Below, in pieces: positions 18,278 to 28,800 of a DNA stretch of 50,433 bases. Position numbers and translations under genes: made by a program. The number at the start of each line of letters is the position of its first letter. Positions within the stretch are counted from its first letter, which is position 1. The stretch lies in IMG/VR virus record IMGVR_UViG_3300017721_000911, positions 1 through 50,433 of that record; one strand, 5' to 3'. Source of the stretch: a virus (Duplodnaviria > Caudoviricetes). The notes under the pieces were generated by a model. The model did no database searches. It had not been told where the DNA came from and saw only the letters and a program-made list of their open reading frames with translations.

Positions 18278-20236
18278 ATGTCCGGCGTAACTTACGATTA
18301 TCAATTCAAAGGTCAACTTGCAAAAAACTTTGTGAGTCAGTTCGGTCCTCTTGCAGAGGATAAATTTTTTATGTGTCTTTCCGGAATCACCGGATCCACG
18401 ACAGATCAGCGTACTGATGAATCTGAGGGGACAGTCAGGCGAAATATGATTCTTGCAAAACGTATTGAAGCAAGTGCTTCTACCGTTCTGGTTCCCAGAT
18501 ATGATTGGATTCAAGGTATTTCGATGGATAAGATTTCATCCGATACCGATACAAGCACTCTCACAAAACCATTTTATGTTAAAACCAATTCGCAAAATGT
18601 ATACATTTGTCTTGAAAATAACGGCAATGAATCTGGTTCGGACATTGAGCCAAATGGGACAAGCACAGATCCAATCGTTCTGGCTGACGGCTTTGAATGG
18701 AAATTTCTTTACACCATTCCCTCTGGCTTAGAAGACTTTATTGATAAAAACTTTATCCCTGTTAAGCAATTACCATTTTACGAAAGAATCGCCAACGCAT
18801 ACGAAAACACTGATCAAAACCAATATGAAGTTCAATATGAGGCGAACTTAGATGGTAATGTTGGATCTATTTCCGGAATTAGTATCACAAGAGGCACTGG
18901 CAATTTAGTTTTTGATTCAGGCTTGCCCAGAAGTAGTTCTAATCAAGTATCATTTGTTTCGGGTGACAAAAAAACAGTTACCGTTAATCAAAACGTCCCA
19001 GTGGGCAGTGCAACATACGGTGTTAGATTCTTAAGTGGTGTTGCGAGTGGGGTTGTTCGTCAAATCAAGGGTGTCAATAATAATGTGATTACATTTGGCA
19101 TAAATCTTCCCGACAATCAAATTCCAAAACCGGGCGATTTATTTGAAATTGGTCCAATTATTAATATCGACGGCGACGGAAGAGACGCAGAAGCCTTTGG
19201 ATCTCTCAAGGATGACAAAACAATTGAAAACGTGGTCGTTCATAGCCCCGGAGAAAATTACACGAGGGCAACCACTTCATTCTCCGTGGTTAATCAAACA
19301 TTTGACTACACTTTAAATACTCTTATTTTTGATCCGATTGGAAAGGATGCAATTACAGAACTTGCTGCGAACCGTTCAGCAATCGGTGTAAAATTTGAAG
19401 GTAGTTTGGATTTGTCAAGTGATGAAGCATCTGGTATTGGAAATGATTTCATCAATATTGCAATCCTCAAGAATCCAAAAATCACTGCTGATCTTGAAGA
19501 TGGTGGTAAATTACTAAACTTTGATGATTTTAGAAAAACTACGGTTCTTGTTCGTGAGGTTTCTGCGACAGGTAGTCTTGCTGGATTCGGTCTTGAAGAC
19601 AAAAATAAAGTTTATACTGTGATTGGAAATCTTTCCGGTGTGGTGGGTGAATTGGATGGTTCACTTTCTCTTGACACTGGCTCACAGGTTTCAGGACAAA
19701 TCGTTGTCAAGAATATGGCAAAACCTTTTATTAATGATGAAATTCTTACGGTGCTTGTTTCAGATAAACGAGATGGAACTTTTACCCAGTTAGAAAAGAA
19801 ATTAAAAGTCTATCAAACAAGATTTGAAGATACTCAATTGAGTGTTTCAAAAACCGCATTTAGAGGAACAGTTGGACTCAAAGCGACAGGAATTGAAGAT
19901 GCTGAAAGTAAAGTAAAGTTTGATGGTACAATTCTTAATAATGAAAGACGCGGAGACGGAAAAGTAGTATCAGTTAGAAATCTTACGGGCGATGATGAGT
20001 TTGAAGTTTTTGTGACTGATATTAACGTTTTAGGATTGACGTATGGTTTTGGTGTGGGTGATACATTTACCGTTGATAGAGTTGGTGGGGGAGGCTTGAT
20101 CGGTACTGTTACGGAAGTTGTCGATCCACAATTTGACACCAAGTCCGGAGAAATGGTATACATACAAGGACTAGGTGAAAGCGTCAGCAGAGTCGCGGAG
20201 CAATCTGAATTTATTAAACTTATCTTTAATTTCTAA
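18278..20236 (+). CDS. gp8: baseplate wedge protein gp8-like
   Basis: VPR.DW..G, FYV......VY.CL.N, DG..WK.LYTI, C-terminal SGE..YI....R...QSE.IK.I..F. Confidence 0.85.
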   Translation: MSGVTYDYQFKGQLAKNFVSQFGPLAEDKFFMCLSGITGSTTDQRTDESEGTVRRNMILAKRIEASASTVLVPRYDWIQGISMDKISSDTDTSTLTKPFYVKTNSQNVYICLENNGNESGSDIEPNGTSTDPIVLADGFEWKFLYTIPSGLEDFIDKNFIPVKQLPFYERIANAYENTDQNQYEVQYEANLDGNVGSISGISITRGTGNLVFDSGLPRSSSNQVSFVSGDKKTVTVNQNVPVGSATYGVRFLSGVASGVVRQIKGVNNNVITFGINLPDNQIPKPGDLFEIGPIINIDGDGRDAEAFGSLKDDKTIENVVVHSPGENYTRATTSFSVVNQTFDYTLNTLIFDPIGKDAITELAANRSAIGVKFEGSLDLSSDEASGIGNDFINIAILKNPKITADLEDGGKLLNFDDFRKTTVLVREVSATGSLAGFGLEDKNKVYTVIGNLSGVVGELDGSLSLDTGSQVSGQIVVKNMAKPFINDEILTVLVSDKRDGTFTQLEKKLKVYQTRFEDTQLSVSKTAFRGTVGLKATGIEDAESKVKFDGTILNNERRGDGKVVSVRNLTGDDEFEVFVTDINVLGLTYGFGVGDTFTVDRVGGGGLIGTVTEVVDPQFDTKSGEMVYIQGLGESVSRVAEQSEFIKLIFNF

Positions 20237-20245
20237 TAAGGGGAA

Positions 20246-23200
20246 ATGATGACGGCATACAATAAAGAAATTATGGGTGGAACCCCCTACTTCAATGACT
20301 TTGACGAAGATAAAAAATTTCTTCAAATGATGTTCAAGCCGGGGTTCCCTGTTCAAGCCCGTGAACTTTCCCAACTTCAGAGTATTCTTCAGAATCAAAT
20401 CGAAAGATTTGGTAATCATATTTTCAAGAATGGATCTGTCGTTTTAGGTGGAGAAGTGTCAACTTCAAAGGCTGCGTTTATTCGTATTTCTCCAACCACA
20501 GAATTGTCCGAAAGTGTTCTCGAAAGTATGGTTGGTCAAACCCTTCGAGCGACATCGGGAACTATCACCACCGACGCAAAAGTTGTCGGTTTTGCAGATA
20601 AAGTAAATTTTGTTGATGATGCCTATCAAGTGTTATTTTGTCAGTATTTGACTCCGGGTTCCTTTGAACAAAATCAGTCCATCGAAACTGTGGGAACAAA
20701 TAACATTGGTGTTACAGTCACTTCTCTTTCCGGTGTGACTGCACCCGGAGTTGGTACGGTTGCTAACTTCGTCTCGGTGAATCCCGGTGTCTACTATGTC
20801 GATGGATATTTCAACCAAAACGATTCTCAAGGTTATGCACCTTACAACACGGTAACAAATGGTTCTACTGCTTCATATAGAGATTTTTCTGAAAATACAA
20901 TCTCAGTCGGTTTTGATGTAAATAGAAGTTTTGTTTCTGTCGATGATGATTCAAGTCTTCGAGATCCATCATTTGGATTTAATAACTTTAATGCTCCCGG
21001 TGCAGATCGTTATAAAATTGATCTTACACTCTCACAGCGTGGATTGAGTGGTTCAAATGTTTCCGGGTTTAGCGTTGTTGGTAATACTGGTGGTTCTTAT
21101 GTCGAATTGATTCGTATCATTGACAATAAATCAACCAAGAAAATTAAATATCCTGACTACGCTGAACTTGAAAAAACTCTGGCACGTAGAACATACGACG
21201 AGTCTGGTCACTACACAGTTGTTCCTTTCCCTGCCGAAACAGACACATTCTTGAACACATTCGGTTCTTCAGACCCCACAAAGTTTGGTGTAATTCTTTC
21301 ACCGGGTAAAGCATATGTTCGTGGGTTTGAATTTGAAACTATTGCTAGTACAAAACTCAATTCTCCATATCCAAACTCTTTGACAACTATTGAAAATACA
21401 AATCAATACAGCAGACAACTTGGATCATTCTTTGAATTTACAGATGGTGCAATAAAAAATCTTCTGACTGACACAGCAAACGTTTTCTTGCGTTCGACAA
21501 GAATGTTTATGTACGACAGTGGAGTGAATGTAATTGGCTCATTCAATCCGCTGCACGTCGCACGAAAGGCTGGTACAGGAACACAGCCTGTAAGAATGTA
21601 CATTGCAAATATCTCATTCAACGCTGGAAAAACTCCATCGGATATTGCTTACATTTCTGACAAGTCATCCGATCCGTTGACCACCGACAATAATCTCATT
21701 ACCTTTGACAGTTCACAACAAAGATTAATCCAATCTGGTTCATCAAGAAGACTTTTCAAAGTTGGTAGTGGTGTTAAAAATCTTTCTAACCCTGTGAACC
21801 TTGAGGGTATTAGAACCTTTACAGGTCAAGTCAACGCACAGGGTAACGCAGTTATTCAAACACTTGACGGTAGGAGAACATTCGCAGGTTTCAAAGGACG
21901 AGTAAATGGATCTTTGATCGGTCCAACTTTGCTACTTAGAACCTCAACAGGTGAAAGTTCTATTATTAGAGCAGATGACTTTACGATCAATTCAGCAAGT
22001 AATACAATTTCAATTTCTGTGGATCCGAAATTTTCAAATAGTTCTTTTGTTGCATTTATGCCGATCAATATTACTGATAAGTCTGCGGTCAGAACCAAAA
22101 CACTTAGCGGTAACATCACTTCAAGTCTTACATTTACAAACGCTACAAGTGAAATTAGACTCGGTTCGGTTGATGTAAAAGAGGTTACAAGTATTGTTAA
22201 TACCGACACAGGTGTTGACGTTATTGATGATTTTGTTTTAAATGATGGACAGACAGAAGAAGCCTATTTGGAGTCCTCACTTTCGCTCAAAGCAAATGCG
22301 ACAGCACCCGCTGATGGTGCAAATATGTCTGTGACGTTTAAAAAGTATGAGCGGTCTGGATCAAACGGACCATTTACGGTGGATAGTTACAGCAACGTTG
22401 CTACCAAAAATGTTCCGAAATACAATGGACACAAATTAACAGAATTTATTGATTTCCGTGCAGACGAAGTTATATCTACAATTTCTGGAATTGATGGATC
22501 CTTTAACTACAGTATTGATCCACTCAATCCAAGCAACTGTGATCCTGTGATTGATCCGGGTAATGGAGATATCGTAACAGTCAACTATGCTGCAAGAATT
22601 GATAGTGTTGTTTTGACTCAAGATAGAACATTTAAAATTGTTCAAGGAGAACTTTCAAACTTTCCAGAACCACCATACGTTTCACCAAACGATATGGAAT
22701 TGTATAGATTGATTATTCCTGCGTATGCGACAACTCCCGAAGATATTCGCATTGAATACATTGATAATCAGCGATTTACAATGAAAGAAATTGGTGAGAT
22801 TGAGAAAACTCAACAACTCGATGCCGAATTTAACTACACAAGACAACTCATCAATGATGCAACAAATAGAACCAAGAGTCTTGAGAATGTCGCACCTGTT
22901 TCATTGACTGGTGTTTTTGTTGATGAATTTATTGGACACGGCAACGCAGACCTCACACGAGTTAATTACAATGCTTCAATTGATCCAGTAAGAAACAGAC
23001 TTCGACCACCGTTTGTCAGTTCAAGTATTGGTATTATTACACCAACAGAAAGTGATGTTTCCGGAGCCACAATCAATGGCGACCTCATCATTTCTGATCA
23101 CACTGAAGCGGTTCTGTCTTCAGATTTTGAATGCACTGGCAAAGAACGACTCAATGAGTTTGGTAGTATTGATTACTATGGTAAACTTGATCTATCTCCA

Positions 23201-25873
23201 TATTGTGTAAATTACTGGAGTGAAACTAAAAAACCAAAAATTGCATCAAACTTTGATGGTGAATTAAACAACTGGGAATTTTCTGTTGTAATCAAAGACG
23301 ATAGTAACGATATCGCGGGTCGCAACAATGGATTCGGTACAACGTGGAAAGATTGGGAATTCCACTGGTTCTCCACGATGAGTATTGATCCATTTGATCA
23401 AGACACAAACCCACTTGACCGAACCTATACTGAAAGTTCTAAAACATCATTTGTTGCAAGAGCATTATCAAAACGAATTGTTGAGCGTTTGGGCAACAAA
23501 ATTGTTGATCTTTCTATTCGACCGTATATTCCTGCCACTACTGTTACTGTTACAGCAAATGGTCTTCGACCCAGTTCTACCGTGTATCTTTTCTTCGATG
23601 ACGGACAGGTTGGTAATGAAACGGGGTATACTGTATCGGAAGAGGGAAGTTGTAGTATTACATACGAACTTCCGAGTGACACATACACCGTTGGCAAAAA
23701 GAGATTTTTGATCACCGATAATGTTGATGGTGATGTTACAGAAGCAACAACATCTGCTGATGCCTTTTTCTATGCTCAGGGTACAATCAACACTGATCTT
23801 AATGGAGAGACTTTTATTCGTCCTCCTGTCGTAAAACGAGTTTCTTCAACTTCAAATAACACAAGACTTGAAAACTTTAATGAACTGTTTAATTCGACAT
23901 CAGACGCAACTCTAAACACTATCAATCCGATTTATCAGATTTTCTCTGTAGATCCAAGTGCCAATCCAAATGGTGTGTTTATTAAGAAAGTTAGACTTTG
24001 GTTTGACGAAGCATCCGACACAGGAACTCCAATTCAAGTTTCAATTCGTCCTGTGATTGACGGTGTTCCTTCTTCATCAATTATTATTCCATTCTCTGAA
24101 GTTGTTAAATCTTGTGATGATGATGGGGTTGCAACAGATCCATCAATTGGCTCCCCAAGAAATCTTGAAGATAGTGGTGACACCTTTACAGACTTTGAGT
24201 TTGATTCTCCTGTATATCTTCCATATGGTGATTATGCACTTGCAGTATCAACAAACGATACTTCACTTTCTGTTAGGACTACAAATAATCCAAATGAAAC
24301 AGAAAACTTTGGAGCCTTGTATCTTCCAAATAACAGAGGATCCAACACACCATACTTTGACAAGAGACTTTGTGTTGGTATTTACAGTTGTGTATTTACA
24401 TCCGGAAATACACCCACGGCTCGGTTTACGTTAACAGACACGAGTTTTGATGCAAATACTTTATATGCTTCAAACTCACCAAATGTAGACTCTGATTTTG
24501 TAAACAGTATTGTCTTGGGTGGTGATGGGTCATTCGATGTTTCGATTCCTGAAAATGGAACATTTGAAAGAACCTTTGGTCCTCGACTTTCTTACGCAAA
24601 TGGTGTGATGACTTATACTTTAGAAAATTCCACAAGTCACTCCACAACAATTGACATTGATAGAGTTTCTCTTCTGGCATCAAAAATGATTTCAAACGAT
24701 GCTACAATCGGAGGAATCGTTAATAATGAAGTTGTGGATGAACTTGCGGCAGACGGCGGTACTGATCTTGCTGCACCCGGACTTGCACGTTACTACACCA
24801 AAATTGTAGAAATGGATGATGCAGCCCCGGCAGATGACATCGCAGTATTCATCGATGGCTTCTTCCCCGGTCGTGCCCCACTCGTCTTTGTCAAACCCCA
24901 AGGAACCCAAGTTGGGTCTGACAATATTGACGAAGCAAGATATTATCAACTCTATCTCGGCGGTGATGTTCAGGCTACAGACCCCAAGGATGACTCGGTT
25001 GTTAGTTTAACTTATACTACTTACAAAGAAAATGCTGCGGCTGGTGAGGAACCTGCTACGTTTGCAGATCAAGCATTCACGAAATACGTTGTCAAAATTG
25101 TATTTACCGATGATGCCGCTACAGTGGGCGGGATTCCATATATTGAATACTTGGCGGCAGTTCCAATTCGTCGTGCCTTTGGTGCATTTGGTCTGACAAA
25201 CTTGGCAATTCCAAGTGGTACAATCATTCCCTACGCAGGTATTTTGAATAACGGTGAAGTTCCTTCATCAATTAATGGTGGTGGGGCTAACCCAATTTAT
25301 CTTCCGTGTGACGGCGGAATTTATGACCAAGCCGAATTTGGAATCTTGTCTGGTGTTCTTGGACAAAAATACGCAAGAAGCGATGATGAGGCAGATACAC
25401 TTGAGGCAGCCGGAGAATTTAGGGTTCCTGATTTTAGAGGAAGAGTCCCACTTGGAACTAACTCAACCGTAAATAATGGTTTGAATAATAACTCAACTCC
25501 TGATATTTTCTCCGAGACACCAAGAGAAAGAGGACTTGGTGTAACTGGTGGTTCACCACTTCTCAGACCTCACAAACACTTTATTGCTGATAACTTAGGC
25601 ACAGGTGGGGGTGCGGGAGATAACCTTATGAATCGATTGACTTTGGCTTTCAACAGACCGACTACTCAAGGTTCTTCTAATGACAAATATAAATTGGGTG
25701 GTAATGATAATCTTGCAGATATTGGAGAAACATCAAACCCAATCAATCCGGGAGATGGTTTCAACACAGACCTTGATGGCAGTGCGTCTAAAGGGACTAT
25801 CAATATTACTGATGAAAACCTAACCGAACAAATGCCACCTTTCCTTTCTGTAAATTACCTAATTAAGACCTGA
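20246..25873 (+). CDS. large virion structural protein (DUF4815/VrlC-like) with a C-terminal tail-collar domain
   Basis: PY..DFDE.K.F....FKPG.PVQAREL.QLQSILQNQ, APGADR, LARRTYDESG.Y; C-terminal G.I.PYAG..YL.CDG, F.VPD.RGR, PP.L.VNY.IK. Confidence 0.88.
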   Translation: MMTAYNKEIMGGTPYFNDFDEDKKFLQMMFKPGFPVQARELSQLQSILQNQIERFGNHIFKNGSVVLGGEVSTSKAAFIRISPTTELSESVLESMVGQTLRATSGTITTDAKVVGFADKVNFVDDAYQVLFCQYLTPGSFEQNQSIETVGTNNIGVTVTSLSGVTAPGVGTVANFVSVNPGVYYVDGYFNQNDSQGYAPYNTVTNGSTASYRDFSENTISVGFDVNRSFVSVDDDSSLRDPSFGFNNFNAPGADRYKIDLTLSQRGLSGSNVSGFSVVGNTGGSYVELIRIIDNKSTKKIKYPDYAELEKTLARRTYDESGHYTVVPFPAETDTFLNTFGSSDPTKFGVILSPGKAYVRGFEFETIASTKLNSPYPNSLTTIENTNQYSRQLGSFFEFTDGAIKNLLTDTANVFLRSTRMFMYDSGVNVIGSFNPLHVARKAGTGTQPVRMYIANISFNAGKTPSDIAYISDKSSDPLTTDNNLITFDSSQQRLIQSGSSRRLFKVGSGVKNLSNPVNLEGIRTFTGQVNAQGNAVIQTLDGRRTFAGFKGRVNGSLIGPTLLLRTSTGESSIIRADDFTINSASNTISISVDPKFSNSSFVAFMPINITDKSAVRTKTLSGNITSSLTFTNATSEIRLGSVDVKEVTSIVNTDTGVDVIDDFVLNDGQTEEAYLESSLSLKANATAPADGANMSVTFKKYERSGSNGPFTVDSYSNVATKNVPKYNGHKLTEFIDFRADEVISTISGIDGSFNYSIDPLNPSNCDPVIDPGNGDIVTVNYAARIDSVVLTQDRTFKIVQGELSNFPEPPYVSPNDMELYRLIIPAYATTPEDIRIEYIDNQRFTMKEIGEIEKTQQLDAEFNYTRQLINDATNRTKSLENVAPVSLTGVFVDEFIGHGNADLTRVNYNASIDPVRNRLRPPFVSSSIGIITPTESDVSGATINGDLIISDHTEAVLSSDFECTGKERLNEFGSIDYYGKLDLSPYCVNYWSETKKPKIASNFDGELNNWEFSVVIKDDSNDIAGRNNGFGTTWKDWEFHWFSTMSIDPFDQDTNPLDRTYTESSKTSFVARALSKRIVERLGNKIVDLSIRPYIPATTVTVTANGLRPSSTVYLFFDDGQVGNETGYTVSEEGSCSITYELPSDTYTVGKKRFLITDNVDGDVTEATTSADAFFYAQGTINTDLNGETFIRPPVVKRVSSTSNNTRLENFNELFNSTSDATLNTINPIYQIFSVDPSANPNGVFIKKVRLWFDEASDTGTPIQVSIRPVIDGVPSSSIIIPFSEVVKSCDDDGVATDPSIGSPRNLEDSGDTFTDFEFDSPVYLPYGDYALAVSTNDTSLSVRTTNNPNETENFGALYLPNNRGSNTPYFDKRLCVGIYSCVFTSGNTPTARFTLTDTSFDANTLYASNSPNVDSDFVNSIVLGGDGSFDVSIPENGTFERTFGPRLSYANGVMTYTLENSTSHSTTIDIDRVSLLASKMISNDATIGGIVNNEVVDELAADGGTDLAAPGLARYYTKIVEMDDAAPADDIAVFIDGFFPGRAPLVFVKPQGTQVGSDNIDEARYYQLYLGGDVQATDPKDDSVVSLTYTTYKENAAAGEEPATFADQAFTKYVVKIVFTDDAATVGGIPYIEYLAAVPIRRAFGAFGLTNLAIPSGTIIPYAGILNNGEVPSSINGGGANPIYLPCDGGIYDQAEFGILSGVLGQKYARSDDEADTLEAAGEFRVPDFRGRVPLGTNSTVNNGLNNNSTPDIFSETPRERGLGVTGGSPLLRPHKHFIADNLGTGGGAGDNLMNRLTLAFNRPTTQGSSNDKYKLGGNDNLADIGETSNPINPGDGFNTDLDGSASKGTINITDENLTEQMPPFLSVNYLIKT

Positions 25874-25879
25874 TACATA
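25873..25879 (+). promoter_or_regulatory. late-promoter-like box upstream of the fibre gene
   Basis: ATACATA followed by a GAGG RBS. Confidence 0.55.
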
Positions 25880-25894
25880 TAAAGAGGTTTTTGA

Positions 25895-28800
25895 ATGTCG
25901 AATAATTATCCACCACCACCCGGCTTTTCAGGAGGATCTGTCCAAGGATTGACCTTAGATAATCTTCTTACGTCTGATACTTTCAAAGTTTGGTTTAATA
26001 CGACCAATGATTTGGTCAGTGCAATCAATCCCCTTGAGATTTACGGTCTGACCGCTGGATCTGGAATTTCGATTGATTATCTTACAAACACGGGTATTGC
26101 AAAATTAAGTTTTACTTTACCCAACAGTATTAGTGGAAGTAGTGAGTTTACTGGTGGACTTACTTTCTCTGGTAATAATTTACTGTTTAGTGGCGGTACG
26201 GTTGATTTTACTGGATCAAATCTTTATGGTAATGTTGTTCGCACCGTTAATGGATCAACAGGTGATGTAACAGTATCCGCTATTGTTCAACTTCCAACAA
26301 GTGGACAAGATGGTGATATTGTCGTTTTCAATTCTGCGGGATCGACATTTGAACCTCAAAGATTCTTTACTGGTGAAACTGGAGACAGACTTTATGTTGG
26401 TGCATCTGGAGGACTTGTTCTCGGTGCAACCACAGAAGGTGCTGGCAATTTAGGTCGTGCCAATATTCAACTTGTTGGAAACACTGGAGCCACCGCTTCG
26501 ATTTATCTGAGAGATGGAAACTACGCAGGCTCTAACGTCCGTGAACTTGGATCCTTCATTCAATTCTTTAGAAATTCAGCCGCAAAGTCTGTTCTTCAAA
26601 TCGCCGGAGGTAACACAGCAGGAACAATTGACGGCAATGCTGCCTCACCATACGTTATCATTGACCAGACCGACCGGGAAATGGGACTCTTTGGAGTCAC
26701 TAATCCAATCAGTCCTGTTCATTACAGATCCAGAACGTCGAAAGGTATTTCCGCAGATTTTGTCTTTGAGGAAGTTGGTGGTCAAACATTAGGTTTTGAT
26801 ATTGAATCCAATCAAGTTGTGATTCGACCAAATGAGATTAAAAGATTAAATATTTTACTTGGAGCCACAGGAGAAAACGGTGACTTTATTATTAAGGGTA
26901 ATAATCCCTTAAGTGCCTACGGAACAAAAACACCATTCTTTGCCAAGCAAGATGGTGTGGTTGTAATCGGTGGTGAACAAGCATCCTCAAGTGGTGATAC
27001 GTTTGGATCTCTTAACGTTGCCAGTGGTAAGTTACAAGTTGGCGGTACACTGGGAAGTAATGGTCAAGTCTTAACATCTTTTGGTGCTTCGGCTGGTTGG
27101 CAATCGATTGATAGTGGTCTGACCAGCGTTCTTGTTAATTCGACAAATATTAACGGAAGCACACTCGCTAGTAGCCTTGATCTTATCTCAGGAAAAAATA
27201 TTAGCGTCCAAGGATCATTCACTGGTGGTGCTGCAAGTATTACTATTGACAGTGCGATGAGAGTAAAATTCGATAACACTGCCGAGGTAGGTAGAACTTC
27301 GGATGGTTTCGCGTTTGTGGGCGAACAAGGTGTCGCTATTGCATCTGGTGGACAATTAACTGATAACGATAACAACTCCTTTGAAGTTATTAAAATTATT
27401 GGCGGCGGTGGTGGTAGTGGTGTAAGTCAAGATGTAATTAATAATATTCAAGTTGATGGTTCTGTCATCGCTACCTCTGGTGCGTCTTTTGAAACTATCA
27501 ACTTTGCCGCGAGTGGATCTGGTATTACAATCTCGTCCTCCTTTGATTCAGAAGGTTCTACATTAAATATCACATTCCAAGTCGATCCAACAGGCTCCGG
27601 TACAGCAGGTACAACAGGAGCAGCCGGTCCCACTGGTGCAGCAGGACCGACTGGAGCCACTGGTGCGACAGGAGCAGTTGGAGCCACTGGTGCGACTGGT
27701 GCGACCGGAGCCGTTGGTGCGACCGGGGCAACTGGTGCTACTGGTATGGGTGGAATTCTGTATTCTTTTGATACAGGAGGAACACCATCTACTGGAGAAC
27801 TCACATACACAGGAACACAAATCAAGGTTCACGATACCAACTCGTATGGTGTTGATATCTCAGATTTCCTTGGTCAAGTAAGCACTTCAAATGGAGGAGA
27901 TTTGATTTTCCTTCAAGGAACTACAGGTCTTTACTCACTTCGAGTTTCTGGAATTACCTCGTCCTCGAATGTATTCACCTTTAGCGGGGGAACCACAACT
28001 GAGGGTGGAACATTTGCAAATAACGCAAATGTTTTCTTCAATTATGTTCGTGCTGGTGACGGTACAACAGGTGCAACTGGTGCGGCAGGATCCGCAGGAG
28101 CGGTCGGACCAACTGGAGCAACTGGACCTGCCGGTTCCGCTGGTTCCGCTGGTGCAGTTGGAGCAACTGGTGCGACTGGTTCCACTGGTATTCAAGGTTC
28201 CACTGGTAATGCGGCGGGATTTGCATACAAGGTGGGTGGCAATCCCGGTGTTAGTTCTGGTAGGCTCAACGATACGGAAGCCGGTTCAGTTCACACAATT
28301 GTATTAAGTGTCACAAGTGATGATGGTCAAAATTTAAACACTTACTTTGATGCAATTGAAGATAATCAAAAAGATAGACTTTATATTCAAGGTCTAGCCG
28401 GATCGGCACATTCGTCTCTTGAAGTAAGTGGTATTACAAACACAAGTACAACTTATACATTTACCGGAAGTACAACAAGATCGACTGGAACGAGATTTGG
28501 AACCACTGGTGATGAAGTTTATGTTTATCATATTGCCGGTGCTGGTGGAACTGGTACAACAGGAAACACTGGAGCAATTGGTGCAACTGGATCGACAGGT
28601 CCGTCAGGTGCGACGGGTAATGCAGGTTTAAGATATTCTCTTACTAAATTTACTGCAAATACAAATGTTACACCCGGAAATGGCGAACTGGTAATTAGTC
28701 CAAGCACTGTTGCTGGAAGAAAATTTATTAGAATTAGTGAACAAGACAAAGATGCAACAACAATTACATCGTTGTTCACAAGCGGAGTCATTGCAAGCGG

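Noticed and set aside
6352-20236. Bacterial T6SS, eCIS or tailocin interpretation of the baseplate, PAAR and sheath genes
   Set aside because: Capsid, portal, terminase, late sigma and recombination genes show this is a complete T4-like phage.
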